Part shown: piece by piece, positions 41,991 to 55,937 of the stretch
How positions within the stretch are numbered: the first letter of the stretch is position 1
Layout of the letters: every line of letters begins with the position of its first letter
Source of the DNA: Callorhinchus milii
Taxonomy: Eukaryota
Assembly: GCF_018977255.1 (NCBI RefSeq)
Contig: NW_024704743.1
Coordinates: 36,520,001 to 36,584,000, forward strand
Direction of reading: 5' to 3'
Length of the DNA: 64,000 nt
Translations under genes and position numbers: made by a program
Notes under the pieces: model-generated
The model's database searches: none
What the model was told of the DNA's origin: nothing
The model's input: only the letters and a program-made list of their open reading frames with translations

Positions 41991-42363
41991 CAAAATATCC
42001 AGAGTCGCTTTTTTTCGAATAAATATAACAATAAGTATAATATTTAAAAAAAAACAAGGATTTTGCGCCCCCCCCACCCCACCCACCCCCCAACCTGTTG
42101 GCTCGAGAGGGATGTGTAATGGGGGAGGGGGCGGGTTAGGGAAGGTACAGGGGCGAGAGTGGGGAAGATTGGGGGGGGGGGTAGGAGGGAGGAGGATGAG
42201 AGGGAGTGGGGAGGGAGGGAAGGGGGAAGGATGGGGATGGGGGGGGGGAGGGAAGGCTAAGGTGGGGGGTGGTGAAGAATGACTGGTTGTGCATGGGGAG
42301 CCGGCACAGGCGCGATGGTCAGAATGGCCTCTTGTGTGAGGTTGCAATGAGAAGACCCGGCAG

Positions 42364-42367
<4 letters not shown>

Positions 42368-42395
<28 letters not shown>
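42368..42395. repeat. (TA)n microsatellite
   Basis: Directly visible. Confidence 0.95.
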
Positions 42396-42399
<4 letters not shown>

Positions 42400-43949
42400 C
42401 CTTCCCCTGATGAAGGAGACCCGACAGGTCCTGGTCGTTTATACCTTCCCGCAGTTGCTTGGTCAAGCGGCTTTCAAGAATTCCCTCCGTGTTGGGGAGT
42501 CTGGGATTTGCGACAAGTTCATAGGAAGGCTGGATAACAACTTCCAGCAGCTTCTTATCGTTTTGATGCGGTTGAGGCACGTTTTGACATCTGTAACCAG
42601 GTTTCTTGTCTTTCTAAATTGGGATTTACTCGGCTTGTGGTTGGAGTAACTTTTGAGAGAAGGGGCAGATTGGCTGAAAGCTCCGTCCACTCTGTCAGTC
42701 CACTCACTCTCAGCAAAACCCAACTCTCACCATTTTGCCAATGTCTACTCATTTTTAACAGCCCACTCTGTAGGTGGAGTCAGAATTATAACCAGAGAAT
42801 TTGTGCACAAAACCATAGATGAGTAATAATATAGTTCTAAAACAGCAGTCTTTAGTTTACATTCTTATAAATGTATAAAATATAAATTGGGACAATGGGA
42901 AAATTACGAGACTATTTGACATACTGATTTTTGTCCAGATTTTATATTATGGCTCAATGTTTCTTGTAGCCGTATTACGTTTTAATAAAATAGTTGAATT
43001 GGAATGAGCTTCGTGGAGTATAATACTATTTTATGGTCACTCAGTATTTTATGGTTTCAGTTGCCTGAAACATTTGGAAACCCATCACCATACTTAAGAG
43101 TACCCCAAATCAGACTGAGAGTTCCATGCGTCCCACCTATACATGGAAATTCTCATGTAGGACCATTTTCATAAAATTCTCATTTAACCAGAACTGTTAA
43201 GGCAAGCTTTCTGCTGATTGTCCAGTAGGATCACACTACTCATTACGGCCTTGACTTACAGGGTTAATAGGAGCTGAAAAGGAAGAACCCTTGCTACCAG
43301 TTTCCCTGGATGCTCCTCCAAGTCGTACCGATGAATCCGGCTGGCCTGTCGTTCATTAGCAGTGCCCTGGAATACAGGCTGGCTCAGCATTCTGACTTTC
43401 CATTGCCAAAGGGCCGAATGGCCTACTCCTGCTCCTACATGTTATGTTAAACTTTGGACCAAGTCAGAGTCGAAAGAGGCCCTGTTCCCCCCTCCACAGC
43501 CCCCAGAAGGTAGTCATGTAGGTTAATACATAGGCTACAGTGCACGATTATAAAGGATATAACATTTCAAGGGATTCACATGACCTCCGAGAGAGTGAAA
43601 TCAGGGCCATTGACAATATCGTTGAAAACAAACCCATGAAATTCTGTACAGTTGAAGTTGTTGTTCGTGGTGGGATATTGTGTTCTGTTATTTGCCAGAT
43701 ATGTGCTTAAATTGTGATCTGAACTGTGATTGTGATTTTTTTTATGACAGCAGGATAAAGGGTACCTTATGTATAAAACTGTAACTTAGTGAAGGCTTTT
43801 AAGATTGTTCGAAACAACAATGTTTAAATGGTGTATTGCCCTGTTTCCTATAAATTAGTTTACAATGGATTATTGACAAGTAATGCAGTTATAAAATTCT
43901 AATATGCTTACACTGTAATTAGAAATCCTGTTACTGATGAGGCTGAGTT

Positions 43950-45361
43950 TTTCTTCTACTTTTCTGATTTTGGTCACTTTCCTCCACAACTGTCTCTTGC
44001 CCCACTCACCTCCTGAACTGCCTCCTTCTCAAGCAAATCACCTGATACACCGCTCCCTGAAGGCATAGATGCGTGCCGCTGAACGCTCCTGGCTCAATCT
44101 AGTTTAACGGTCCATCGGCAGATCTGGCTGGACTACATCAAAACCACTCTGTCCTCGCCTCCGCTAAATTGTCTTTCTTCTTCAAGATAATCTTGGAGGC
44201 CAAGAACAACCCCATGCTCCTCTTCTCCACTACCAACCGGCATCTCCATCAACCCTCTCATGCCTACCCATCCTCTCCTCCAACTCGAACTGTGAGGAGA
44301 TGCTGGACTTCCTTGAGACCAAAATCGAACGGATCCGCTCAGCTGCCCCTGCCCTTCCAACTGCTATCCCCTCCCCATCTACCTCTCATACTCTGGACCC
44401 TAACCATCCCTCCCTCCACACCTTGAAACCCATTTCCCCCTCCTCTCTCACTACCATCATAACCCATATCAACTCTCCCTTGACTCCAGGACAACCCTCG
44501 ACTCCAGGACAGAATGTCTGTCAGACATCAAGTCCTGGATTAGAGCTAACTTTCTTCAGTTGAACGTCAACAAGACCGAGGCTCTCCTGATTGGCTCCGG
44601 TCAGCGCCTCCACACCTCAGGCACTGGCAGCATCACCATCCATGGATGCACCCTCCACCTCGCCAAGCCAGTCCGGAACCTTGGTGTCTTGTTTGACCCT
44701 CGACTGTCCTTTGTATTCCACATCTGTGCCATGACCCACTCTGCCTTCCCCTACCTACGCAACATCGCCCGGCTCCTAAACTGTCTCCCCTCAGGCCCCT
44801 GGCACTCTCATCCACCCATTTATTACATTTAGGCTCGACTATGCAAACTTCCTGTTTGTTGTCCTTCCCAACTCTTTTCTCAACAAGCTGCAGATCATCC
44901 AGAACTCTGCAGCTCATGTCCTTTCTTGCACCAGGCTCCGTGACCCCCACCCTCGCCCGGCTCCACATTCCCCAGAGGATAGAGTTCAATATCTCATCTC
45001 CGCCTTCAACGCCCTCCACTTCCTTGCTCCTATCTACCTCTGTGACCTGTTAACCCCTTATCAACTGTCCACTCCCTCCGCTCAGCAGGCTCTGGCCTGC
45101 TCCACGTCCCCTGCCCAGCCCCCACCCTTTGGAACTCCAGCCCACATTCCTTTTGTCTTCCTCTATCCTTTGCCTCCTTCAAACTATGTCTCAAGACCCT
45201 CCTCTTTGATCGCGCATTTGGCCATCCTCCTACCCTACTCTCCCTGCCCTTCACCCCTCCGATCCTAATCCCGTGCTGGGATCCAAATCCCTTATTGTCC
45301 AGTGCCTTGGGATGTCCTCCCGATGTGAAAGGTACTATACAAATATAATATGTTGTTGTTG
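43950..45361 (+). mobile_element. Degenerate L2 with most of the RT domain deleted
   Basis: FLETKIERIRSA upstream, then [21 protein letters not shown] downstream; L2 tail with (ttg)n. Confidence 0.88.
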
Positions 45362-45444
45362 TGGACTTGCACTGGGATATAGTTAGACTGGTGCTTGGCT
45401 AAGTGGCCATTCTTTTACATTTCAGTCTGAAAAATGAATGTTGA

Positions 45445-45804
45445 TAATAATAATCTTTGCATTGATATAGCGCTTTATCATGTCTTCCAGACGTCTCAAA
45501 GTGCTTCACCGAAAATACTATAAAGTGAATAGAAGGTATATTTTGTGGGTGAAACGCGGCAGCCAATTATGCACAGCAGTGTCTCATAAACAGTCGTAGA
45601 TTGAGGCAACCAATTTTTTTTAAGGAATTATTACCCCCGGAAAAGCAATTCATCAATCAACTAACAACCGGGTTTCAAGTCACTGTTCGGTAAACAGAGG
45701 CATGTGGAGTAAGGAAACATGCTCAACATTTCACCCTGCCAGGATTTGAATCCAGGTCTCTCGCTTGCGAGGCGAGTGCTCTAATCACTAAGCTACGGAC
45801 TTCA
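45445..45804 (-). mobile_element. tRNA-derived SINE, long subtype
   Basis: Reverse complement aligns with 22665-23040. Confidence 0.85.
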
Positions 45805-46869
45805 CAGATAAGCTGATAAGCTACTCAGCTGTGGGAAGCATTACAACTGAGCATGATCCATCCTCACACTATATCCATTCACCTATATATTTTAAACGTA
45901 TTGAAAGTGACAGACTGGTATATGATTTTGTGAACAATGGCAGCTCTTCAATACCTCATTCAAATCGAGTCCTGCCTTTACTCAATGTTCACACGCACAC
46001 TTAGGAATGGATTCTTAGGCAGTGATCTAGAGAGAGAACCATGGCTCTTTTTATCTAGATGCTTCGACCACTTGAAGCACATATACAATTCCAGTTGAAA
46101 TCAGATATCTTGAAACAAAAAGGGATCAAATGCTTGGGTCTATGACATGCTTTTGGTTACTGAGCGGTTGTGAAGCTCTCAACCACAATTTTTTATTCCA
46201 AATGTTAATTATGCATATAATTCTGGGATCCCTTGAAGTTACAACAAATACATTTTTAAGCAAAGATGTTCATTGACTGTTTCCATTCACTTATCTGCAA
46301 TAGACAAGCAATTTTATGATGACTGATTAATGTGATCATGACGTAATCTAGCCACACAAATTTGTACGCATGGATTGATGACTTTATGGATATGATTGAT
46401 TTATAACCTTAAAGAGCTACTGTAATGCATGTCTGTTAAGCAACATTTAAAAAGTCAAAATAGATTGATTTAAATTCTACTGGGGCCCATAACAGCATAA
46501 AAATACTACGCTTTTAATTTGAAATAATCTTTCATGTTGGAAGGATGTCTCAAAGCAGTTCACAGGATATGCTATAAAGTGGAATGACTGTATTTTTGTG
46601 GGGGCCAATTTTGCACGCAGCAATGCCCCACTAAAAACCATGAAGTGAATGACCAGTTTTATTTTGGGGATGATTGTCGGCCAGGACACCAGGAGAATCT
46701 CTTTCAAATAGTGTTGTGGAATCTCTAATGTCCATCTGAACAGGCAGATCTCAGTTTAACATCTCATCTGAAAGATGGCACCAACAATGCAATAGTGAGA
46801 ATGCAAGTCTTAGGTATATTTCAAATTTTTAAACTTAATTTCAGGTTTCATTGTGAGATATTTTCTGGT

Positions 46870-48620
46870 TTATTTTTTGGTCAGCCGGGTGTCTGACACA
46901 TGTGGAAACCTACCACTATGCTTAAGAGTATCCAAACCAAACTGAGATTTCCCTGTGTCCCACCTACACATGGAAATCCCAGAGATAGATTGTTGGAATG
47001 CGCACTCTCGCTCTGGAGGGACTCATCCTGCTTACCTAATTCCGGAAAGTATTAGGCACAGGTTGGCCGGAGCCAGGGCTTGGGGACCCCAGAGTGTGTG
47101 TGGGGTACTGCTGGAGTCTAACCAGCTAAAACCATATAGCTTGCCATTCATATTGCCGATAGCAAGCTTTCCCGCTTCTTGTCCTGCTAGGACCACCCTA
47201 CCCATTAGGGCTTTGGGTTGCAGGGTTAGCAGGAACTGAGTGGGATGACTCCCAACCCAAGTAACTGTCTGCCCTTCCATTTCCTGCCATTGAGCCAGGC
47301 TGGCTGCGCTGCCATCAGCAGTGTCCTGGAATACTACGGACCCACTTGGCTCAGGAACTGAACAACCGAGACTGCCACAGATGTCTGGCGTGTCACCTTG
47401 GAGTCAGTTCAGCACCAAGGAGACCCCGCTTACCTCCCTCCCCCTTCCAAGGAGAAGAGTCACAAGTTGGTTGTTCGACAAGCGCGGGTTTGACCCCTCA
47501 CCTGCGGAGCATTACCAACGCCTTCCTGACCGCAGCTCGGGCACACGTCCCTTCCATTGAGCGACGGTTCCACCAATTGGATGTTCGGAGTTTAAGCAGC
47601 AGCTGCTTGCCTCTCTGCAGGCCAATCAAGATGGATTCCAGCCGCTGGATGTACGAATGTGTGTTCATGAACTTGGACTCCAGGTAGTTGTCCTGCTAGG
47701 ACCACCCTACCAGCCGCTGTCACTCAAAGCCTCAGAGTTTCCTCATCAGCTATCTGGAGGGCATCTACCTTCAACATGGTTGGTGGACCTTTACAGGACC
47801 ACTGTTGGCATGCCAGCCACCTTGATGTTCTTGTGGTCCAGGTCCAATGCAGTGTACCAGGCTTTCTCAGCACCAGCTGTTTTAACGCAGGTCTTCATGA
47901 GTGGGGGCTTGGCAAACAGACGTGTCCACTGTGGTACCACCTCCGCTTCTGCCTCCAGGGTGCTTAGCGACAGATCAGTGTAGGCCAGAGCCCTTCCTCC
48001 TGTAGCTGTATCCCGTGTTTGCCACAAATCCACTTCACTGCTTGATCCTGGACTTTGCAGATGACTCGGAAGAAGCCTCTCCGCTGCATCCCCAGGAGCT
48101 CAGATCCACAAAGGAGGACTGTTTGCACATAGGTCTTGTATGCCACAAGGTTGACCTGCATTGGGACCTCGCTGTCCTTGAAGAAGGTTGAGCATGAGCA
48201 GGGTGCACTTTGCCCCTTCTCAGCCCTGGAATCTTCTAAGTGGAGTCCTGTAGCTCAGTGGTTAGAGCACTCGCTTTGCAAGCGAGAGACCCAAGTTCAA
48301 TTCCAGGCAGGGCGAAACCTTGGGCAAGTTTCCTTACTCCACACGCCTAATAATAATCCCTCCAAAAAAACTAAAAACAATAATTAAATTGGTCATTTTC
48401 AATCTACGACTGTTTGTGGGACATTGCTGTGCGCAATTGGCTGCCGCGTTCGCCCACAAATATACAGTCAATTCACTTTACAGTGTGTTCTGTGAAGCGC
48501 TTTGGGATGTCCTCCTGACGTGAAAAGCGCTATATCAAATGCAAGGATTATTAGGATTATTATTATTGTTGTTGTCCTTCAGGACAGTGTCCATGCTGAA
48601 GTTGGTGTTCACCACAACCA
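46870..48620 (-). mobile_element. Degenerate RTE/RTEX-like LINE: ORF2 C-terminal remnant (~47600-48240) plus long 3' UTR (~46870-47600), interrupted by the SINE at 48241-48567
   Basis: Minus-strand FFKDSEVPMQVNLVAYKTYVQTVLLCGSELLG resembles the RTE post-RT motif (KLxxYKxxVxxxLLYGSExW); oligo-T on + at ~46873 marks the A tail. Confidence 0.55.
48241..48567 (+). mobile_element. Young tRNA-derived SINE (tRNA-Ala-like head, short subtype) with L2-type tail
   Basis: Pol III A box TAGCTCAGTGG and B box GTTCAATTCC, 3' stem-loop, (tta)n tail; near-identical inverted copy at 8437-8761. Confidence 0.92.
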
Positions 48621-49045
48621 TGTGCTGTAGTGAGTTAACTGATATCAACTGGGGCAAACAATCAGAATGGTAAAATTTGATGTTGACTTATCACCTCCTG
48701 GTCCTAAGAGAGGACGAGCAGCCAATAATTTAATTTTTAATTAAAATAATTAAGAAATTATCTCTGTTTGTCACACTGTTATCAAGCTAAAATTGGCCAA
48801 GGTTTTCTTTTTCAAAATAAATTTACATTTGCTCCAGTTTTAGCGCCCCAAGATATATCTTACTATAACAACTTGCATTTATATAGCGCTCTTCACCCGG
48901 GTAGTGTCTTGGAGCACTTAACAGCAGTATAGCTTGACACTGAGCTGGAAAGGGGGAGAGCCTGAAGGCATGAGAGGGCGATGTGGCGGAGCTGGACGAA
49001 GGCAGTTCCATCCTGCATGAAATAGTGCTATATAAATTCAAGTAA

Positions 49046-49306
<261 letters not shown>

Positions 49307-50656
49307 TGAGTTGTGTTTGGATTTTTAGAGCAATAGTACAGTGTGCTGTATGGAGCCACTGGAGGTTCTACCTTGGCACCATGGTGCAAGTTGATATGGG
49401 CTTGAGATTATTAGTTGCCAGTCAATTGAGTTGCCAATCACAGCTGTCCTGACATGGAAAGTCACCAAAAGGAAGCGAGAAAAAATTGAAGGCAGTCATG
49501 TCAGGGTTGGGTTATCATACTTCATAATGGGTAGCTCAGGAGTGCACTTTTGGGAGCATAGGAGCATGTCTCTGACAGTCCCTTTGGTCCCAGGGGTGGC
49601 ATGAATGAAGGAAAATAGTTTTTTTATAAAACGTTTCCAGTCTTCTGATGTATTATTTGTAAGGTCCATAATTTGACCCCTGGCCCATGTTGAGTTAATT
49701 GATCTTAACTGTTTTGATGTTGCAACAATATAGTCTCCTTGTCCCTGGGCTCAAGAGGGGAACATTGAGTGTTCCCAAACCTTTTATTGCTGGTAGACAA
49801 ATGTTTTTTCCTACCAAAGGTCTAAATGGTCTTGTGCTTCATCAGTCAATGCCTTTGCCCTTAGGTGATTCAGAAGCTCAGTACAGTATTTTAATGATTT
49901 GATGCAATTCCATTATATCTATTATTGTAGTAGCACTATTGTTTAACTTTTCTAATTTAATACCCATGTTCCAGAATGATCTCCTGCATTATTCAACAGT
50001 GCCCCTTTCCAAAACAATATAGTATTGCCAACAATACACAAGGGCTCAAAACTCATAAGATAACAGGGNAAAAAATCATGAACTCATCAGGCAATGTTTC
50101 TAAAAAAAGCAAAGAGTGTTGGGGGCGGTGGAGTTGTTATAAGTGATGAATTTTCAGTTTTGACTGTGTATCGATGAGCAGTTACTGAGTGTATCATGGG
50201 TATTGTATCTCACTAACAGGGAATGAAAAGAAGCCAGAATTGAAATTGCCCTCTCCATATCTTCCAATGGATGGTTACATGAAGGCATTGACATTGTCTG
50301 GGTTTGGTCTTTGGCCAGAAAATTAGATGTGGAGTTTACTGGAATGCAGAGGAAGGAATTGAATGTGGGGAGAAATATAGCTTGCAATAGAAGAGAGGAA
50401 TGAAGGAAGGATACTATCACAGATAAAATATGAGTTTTTATATAAAATTCAAAATTCTTATTTAAAGATGTTAATCACTTGTTCACATTCTAATATCTAT
50501 TAAACTTTGCTGTTTAATTGTATGATGCATATGTTTATTGCAAACAATCTAGAAAGACTTCCGGTCAGGACTCTAGATTTCTAATTCTTGAGCATTGATC
50601 ACAAGCTCATTGGGTTCATGAACACGTTTATATAACCAGTGCTTGGAATTCCACCT

Positions 50657-51148
50657 TGATTCACTCGGTTAGTTCCTGGGATGAGGGGACTGACCTATGA
50701 GGATAGGCTGAATAAACTAGGGCTGTATTCTCTAGAGTACAGAAGAATTAGGGGGGATCTTATTGAAACTTATAAGATTCTTAAAGGGCTGGATAAAGTA
50801 GACACTGAGGGTCTATTTCCCCTGGTAGGAGAATCTATAACCAGGGGTCACAGTCTTAAAATTAAGGGTCAGCCTCTTAGAACAGAGTTGAGGAAACATT
50901 TCTTCACTCAGAGGGTAGTGAACTTATGGAATTCACTACCCCAGAAGGCTGTAGATGCTCGGTCCTTGAACATTTTCAAGGCTGAGACTGATAGATTCTT
51001 GAAAAATAGAGGGATTAGGGGATATGGGGATAGGGCAGGTAATCAGAGTTAGGTGAGAAGATCAGCCATGATCTTATTGAATGGCGGAGCAGGCACGAAG
51101 GGCTGAATGGCCTACTCCTGCTCCTAATTATTATGTTCTTATGTTCTT
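50657..51148 (+). mobile_element. CR1-clade LINE 3' fragment (ORF2 C-terminus plus 3' UTR)
   Basis: LYSLEYRRIRGDLIETYKIL...TRGHSLK...FFTQRVVNLWNSLP; UTR ending gaatggcctactcctgctcct and (ttatgttc)n. Confidence 0.92.
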
Positions 51149-51289
51149 ATTGGTATGCAGAAAACTAAGCAGCTACGGCTCAAGTTCCACATCTCCAACT
51201 GGTAATACCATCGCTCAATGGATAGGGATGTGTGTCAGAATTGTGGGCAGGAAGATGGTGGCACACTACATACTGAGTTGTGCTGTTGA

Positions 51290-51966
51290 TTGAGAAGCAC
51301 GCAGGCAGTTGCTGGAACCTGCCTTTGAGGGCTCAAACCTGTGCTTGTCAAATGACCAACTAGTGACTATTCTCGGGGGTGGGGGTTGCGGTGGACCTTT
51401 AAGCGGGGTCTCTTTGGATGCACATAACACACATGTTTTGCACACATACTGATTTGACTCCATGTTTGCCAACAGAATGTTGCAATCGAGTTGATCCTCT
51501 GTCTGCTCCCTGAGCTCGGCGAGTCCATAGTGCTCCAGGGCACTGATGACAGACGAGCCATTGTAACTCATCAGTCCCTGCTAGCCAGGAATTTTCCTAC
51601 TCAATTTCTATTTATCCTGCAAGCCAAAGCCCTAAATGATAGGGCAGCCTTAGCTGCAAGAGCAGCAGGAAGTTTGCCAGACAGTGCTTTCAGTGGCCAG
51701 CTATGTGACTTTGTCTAGTTAAACTCTGGCCGTATATACCAACACACTCTCTGGGGTCCCCAAACCTTGGCACCTGCCAACCTGCGCCCAGTGTGCTCCA
51801 GAAATAGGTAAGTCAGGTGTGTACATCTAGCGAGAGAATGAGCAATCTATTCCAGATATGGGAATTTCCATGTTTAGGTAGTACGCACAAACTCTTAGTC
51901 TGGTTTGCATACACTAAGGCAGGTTGATGGGTGTTTGTGTTTGTCAGACACTCTGCTTACCAAAAA
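51290..51966 (+). repeat. Copy of the dispersed repeat matching the putative RTE 3' UTR
   Basis: Shared blocks (gccaacctgcgcc, atttccatgt, aaactc) with 26190-26520, 29671-30200 (-), 39030-39470, 43100-43410 (-), 46870-47600 (-) and the split copy 58130-58325/60212-60455; most end in oligo-A. Confidence 0.8.
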
Positions 51967-53030
51967 TATACAACCTACATAAACTGTGCATGTTGAAACT
52001 ATTCAACCCAATTCATCTGTCCCAGTATTCACAACAACAATAATAACAACTTTTGGTCTATACTCCACATGAGCCTCCACCAACCTAATCCCCTCCACCT
52101 AACCCCCTTTCTGCGTCTGTCTGGCTCAGTTTGTAGCACTCTTGACTCTGAGTCAGAAGGTTATAAATTCAAGACCCATGTCGGGACTTGGAACTCGTAG
52201 TCTGACCAGTGGTGGCCAACCTATGGCTGTAAGTGCCCACGGTACTGTCAAGAAGCGGCCTTAATCAAATATTTCTTGGTCAAGAAATCTGCTTGTTCAG
52301 GTGAACGTTAAAGATCCCTTAGTACTACTCGAAAAGAGAACAGAGTTTTTCCCAGTTTCCTGGTCAATATTCCCCCAAGTAAAATTGGTCCTTCACTCCA
52401 TGGCTATTTGTGGAATATTGTTGTGTACAAATTCACTTTTTGTGTTCACCTATAGATACATTCAATCCACTTTACAGTATATCCTGTGAAGCGCTTTGGG
52501 CTGTCCTTCAAGGATGTCTGCAAGGTTTATTCTATACACCTCTATTGCCTTTTTCCTGGTGGTTATATTGTTTTCAGTCAGTTTTCTTCACAAGGTGAAT
52601 TCTCCCACTGATTCACAATTGGGTTTCATCCTTCTCCCCATTTCCAATAATGTGAAAGAAACACTTAGAGGGTGAATCTTTTCCCAGCCTTTAGTGCCGA
52701 CCTAATTGTCTGTTAAATATTAGTATTGGTAGAGAGATATTAGTCTTGGCAGGGAGATTGCCTGCCTATCCTGTGAAATATGTATGGGATGGTGTATAAT
52801 GCAGGTGACGGAGGAGAAGGTGGAAAATGATTTGCAAATGTTCATTTCAAACCGCAGTTCAAAAACTTCGCTGAAAGTGGGTTCACTACATTACAAGCTA
52901 AACCAGAATAATATATAAAAATATTTTTTAGTAATAACTGGTGCTGTGGATTAAGAGCCGTTTTGTATGTTTGGAGAGAGATTAAAGATTTTGTAAAAAG
53001 TTTGTTTTCTTGCTGTTAATGGGGGAGTAG

Positions 53031-53171
<141 letters not shown>

Positions 53172-53925
53172 TGAAATGTTGTTTACAAAGTTGCACAATT
53201 GATTTAAGTGTGACTTTATTTGTAAAAAAAATTCTCTTCTAAAGTGGTGAATTCCCTGAAAAGTTTTGAAATTATCTTGATTATTTTAGAAAGTAATAAG
53301 TAATTTTGATATTATGCGTTTTCCCATTGTATGTTTATCTTGAACATTTCCCACCTGTCAGTGCTGGATGTCAAGGCACACAATCCATAACCCATCATGA
53401 AGCACGCTGGAATATTTTCTATGACTAGTAGTAGACAGATTAATATAGAGCTGAGTTCATTCTGGGATTCTGCTGCTTTTTACACTCTTAATGCTGGTTC
53501 TTTCAATTATCAGAATTGCATTAAATAGTAATGGAAAATACCTTTAATGAAATGTATTGTGTAATCATTTGAATCCTGTTTGAATTCTCACAGAGATGAA
53601 AACAATGTTTATCCTGGTGAAATCTGCAGATGATCTCATTTGATCAAACAATTCAAATCAACCCCTCCCCATCTTAGGTCTCCAGTCAGAATTGTTAAGG
53701 CCCTTGGGGTGACCTCTGACGTGGAAGGCATTCTATAAATGTAAATTTGTATTGTATTAACCTTTGAAGGCATTCAATTTCAGTAAAAAAGCCTCTGGGT
53801 GGTCCAATAAACCCTGTTCTCAGCTCCCCCCACCCCTTTAGACTTCAAGAGTTGACTTTGCATTGACTGTATTAAAACACAGCTATCCTGGAGTTATTCT
53901 CATTGATTTGACTCCAGTTTTGTGA

Positions 53926-54132
<207 letters not shown>

Positions 54133-54812
54133 TAAGAACTTGGGCTTCAGTTGTAATCGCTGATCAATGAATGTGTGTTTTGCCCTGTTTGTATTCTTGA
54201 TTGAAGTTTGTAGTACACATCATTTGAGATGGATTTGTTTGAGTTGAATTGGTTCAACTCTTTGCCCAAGGTATATTTTACTTCTTTTTAATGTATTGTG
54301 CCCAGTTATTTTCTAATTTTCGTTGCTCATTGCCACCCAGTAACCCAATCCAACTGGACAATACTCATGTGTGAGCCTTTTCAGCAAGTGTTGGCAGGCC
54401 ACTTGATTATAGATGTATGACTGTCACATGCACACAACCAGTAGAATAGCAACCCAGAGCAGGAAACCTGGATAGTTTTCCCCACCCTAACCTTGTGAAG
54501 ACTGGGACCAATTTATCCTCTCCATGTAGTTCCGGCTGAGATTTCCAACTCAGCTTGGACCAGGAATTGAATCAGCAAGTTCCTGGTTTGTAAACTGCAG
54601 CTCCGTGCACTACACTTTTTGGTCTACCCTAAGTTTTTTTGTGTCTAAGATTTCCTTTCCTTTGAATATATTTCTTTGGTTCTTCTTGGTCAATGTGAAT
54701 TGCATTGTCTGTGGAGAGAAAGTTGGGTGAAGTGCTTTTAGCTCTTTACCAATGAACATTTGAAATCCACCACAATTAGTTTTGTGTCATTTCTTATAAC
54801 CTGATCATATAG

Positions 54813-55022
<210 letters not shown>

Positions 55023-55679
55023 TAATGTGAAATTTATTTATTTTCACATTAGTGCAACATGCATGTGTTATAATGCTGTATAAAGTACTGTGGGAAAGAA
55101 ATGCACAGATTACAGACCCATTAAGATAAACTGAGTGAATGTCAGCAGTTAGTCCAGCATGCTTTAAATTGAAGGTGGTAAAGTAGAATCTTAATTCTGC
55201 CAAGAAAAAAAAGTCTTTGATTTAAAAATATCAATGAAAAAACTCTGAAAGCAAATTTCTTCCAGTTCCTGGAAAATGTTGCCCTCCTCCCCAGCTGGGC
55301 AAAACAAGTTCAGAGTTTTCAAAATGGAGAAAACGTAAATACTTAATAATGTAATTGAATATAGCACTTTGTTAATTTGCTATGTTTCAAAAGGGAATGA
55401 GAGAGAAGAAAAAGCTGATGAAAATTGCATGAATAAAAGATTATGATGGGAATTAGCTAAAGGCTTCGAAACGAGATCTGAGAAGAGACCTGGAGAATAT
55501 GATATGAAATGGGGATAGGGTGAAGATTGTTGAGGAGCATAATATGGGATGTGGGCCATTCGAGCTTCAGTATAGACAGAGAGATTTCACAACAACAACT
55601 TGCATTTATATAATACCCTTCAAATAGGGTACTGTCTCAGAGTGCTGAACAATGGTGTGTATACACCGGCCAGACTGGA

Positions 55680-55937
55680 TGAGACCTGGGTTTGATTCCT
55701 GACAGGGCGAAACCTTGGGCAAGTTTCCTTATTCCACATGCTTGATATCCCTCAATAAAAAAAGAATAATAAATTGGTCATTTCAGTCCATGACTGTTTG
55801 TGGGACACTGCTGTGCGCAATTGGCTGCTGCGTTTTGCACAAATATACAGTGAATTTACTTTACAGTATATTTTGTGAAGCGCTTCGAAACTTGAAAAGT
55901 GGAAAAGCGTTATATCAAATACAAGGATTATTATTAT
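55680..55937 (+). mobile_element. tRNA-derived SINE, 5'-truncated
   Basis: gggcgaaaccttgggcaagtttcc body and caaggattattatta tail. Confidence 0.85.

Noticed and set aside
42407..42440. Possible hammerhead ribozyme (CTGATGA followed by a hairpin)
   Set aside because: No GAAA core after the putative stem II and no convincing stems I/III.
48242..48315. tRNA-Ala(TGC)-like gene (also 8690-8760, 22666-22740)
   Set aside because: Continues directly into a SINE body and tail, occurs in many decayed copies and lacks a proper acceptor stem; it is a SINE head.
50069..50069. Single ambiguous base (n)
   Set aside because: Assembly ambiguity in an intron, not biological.
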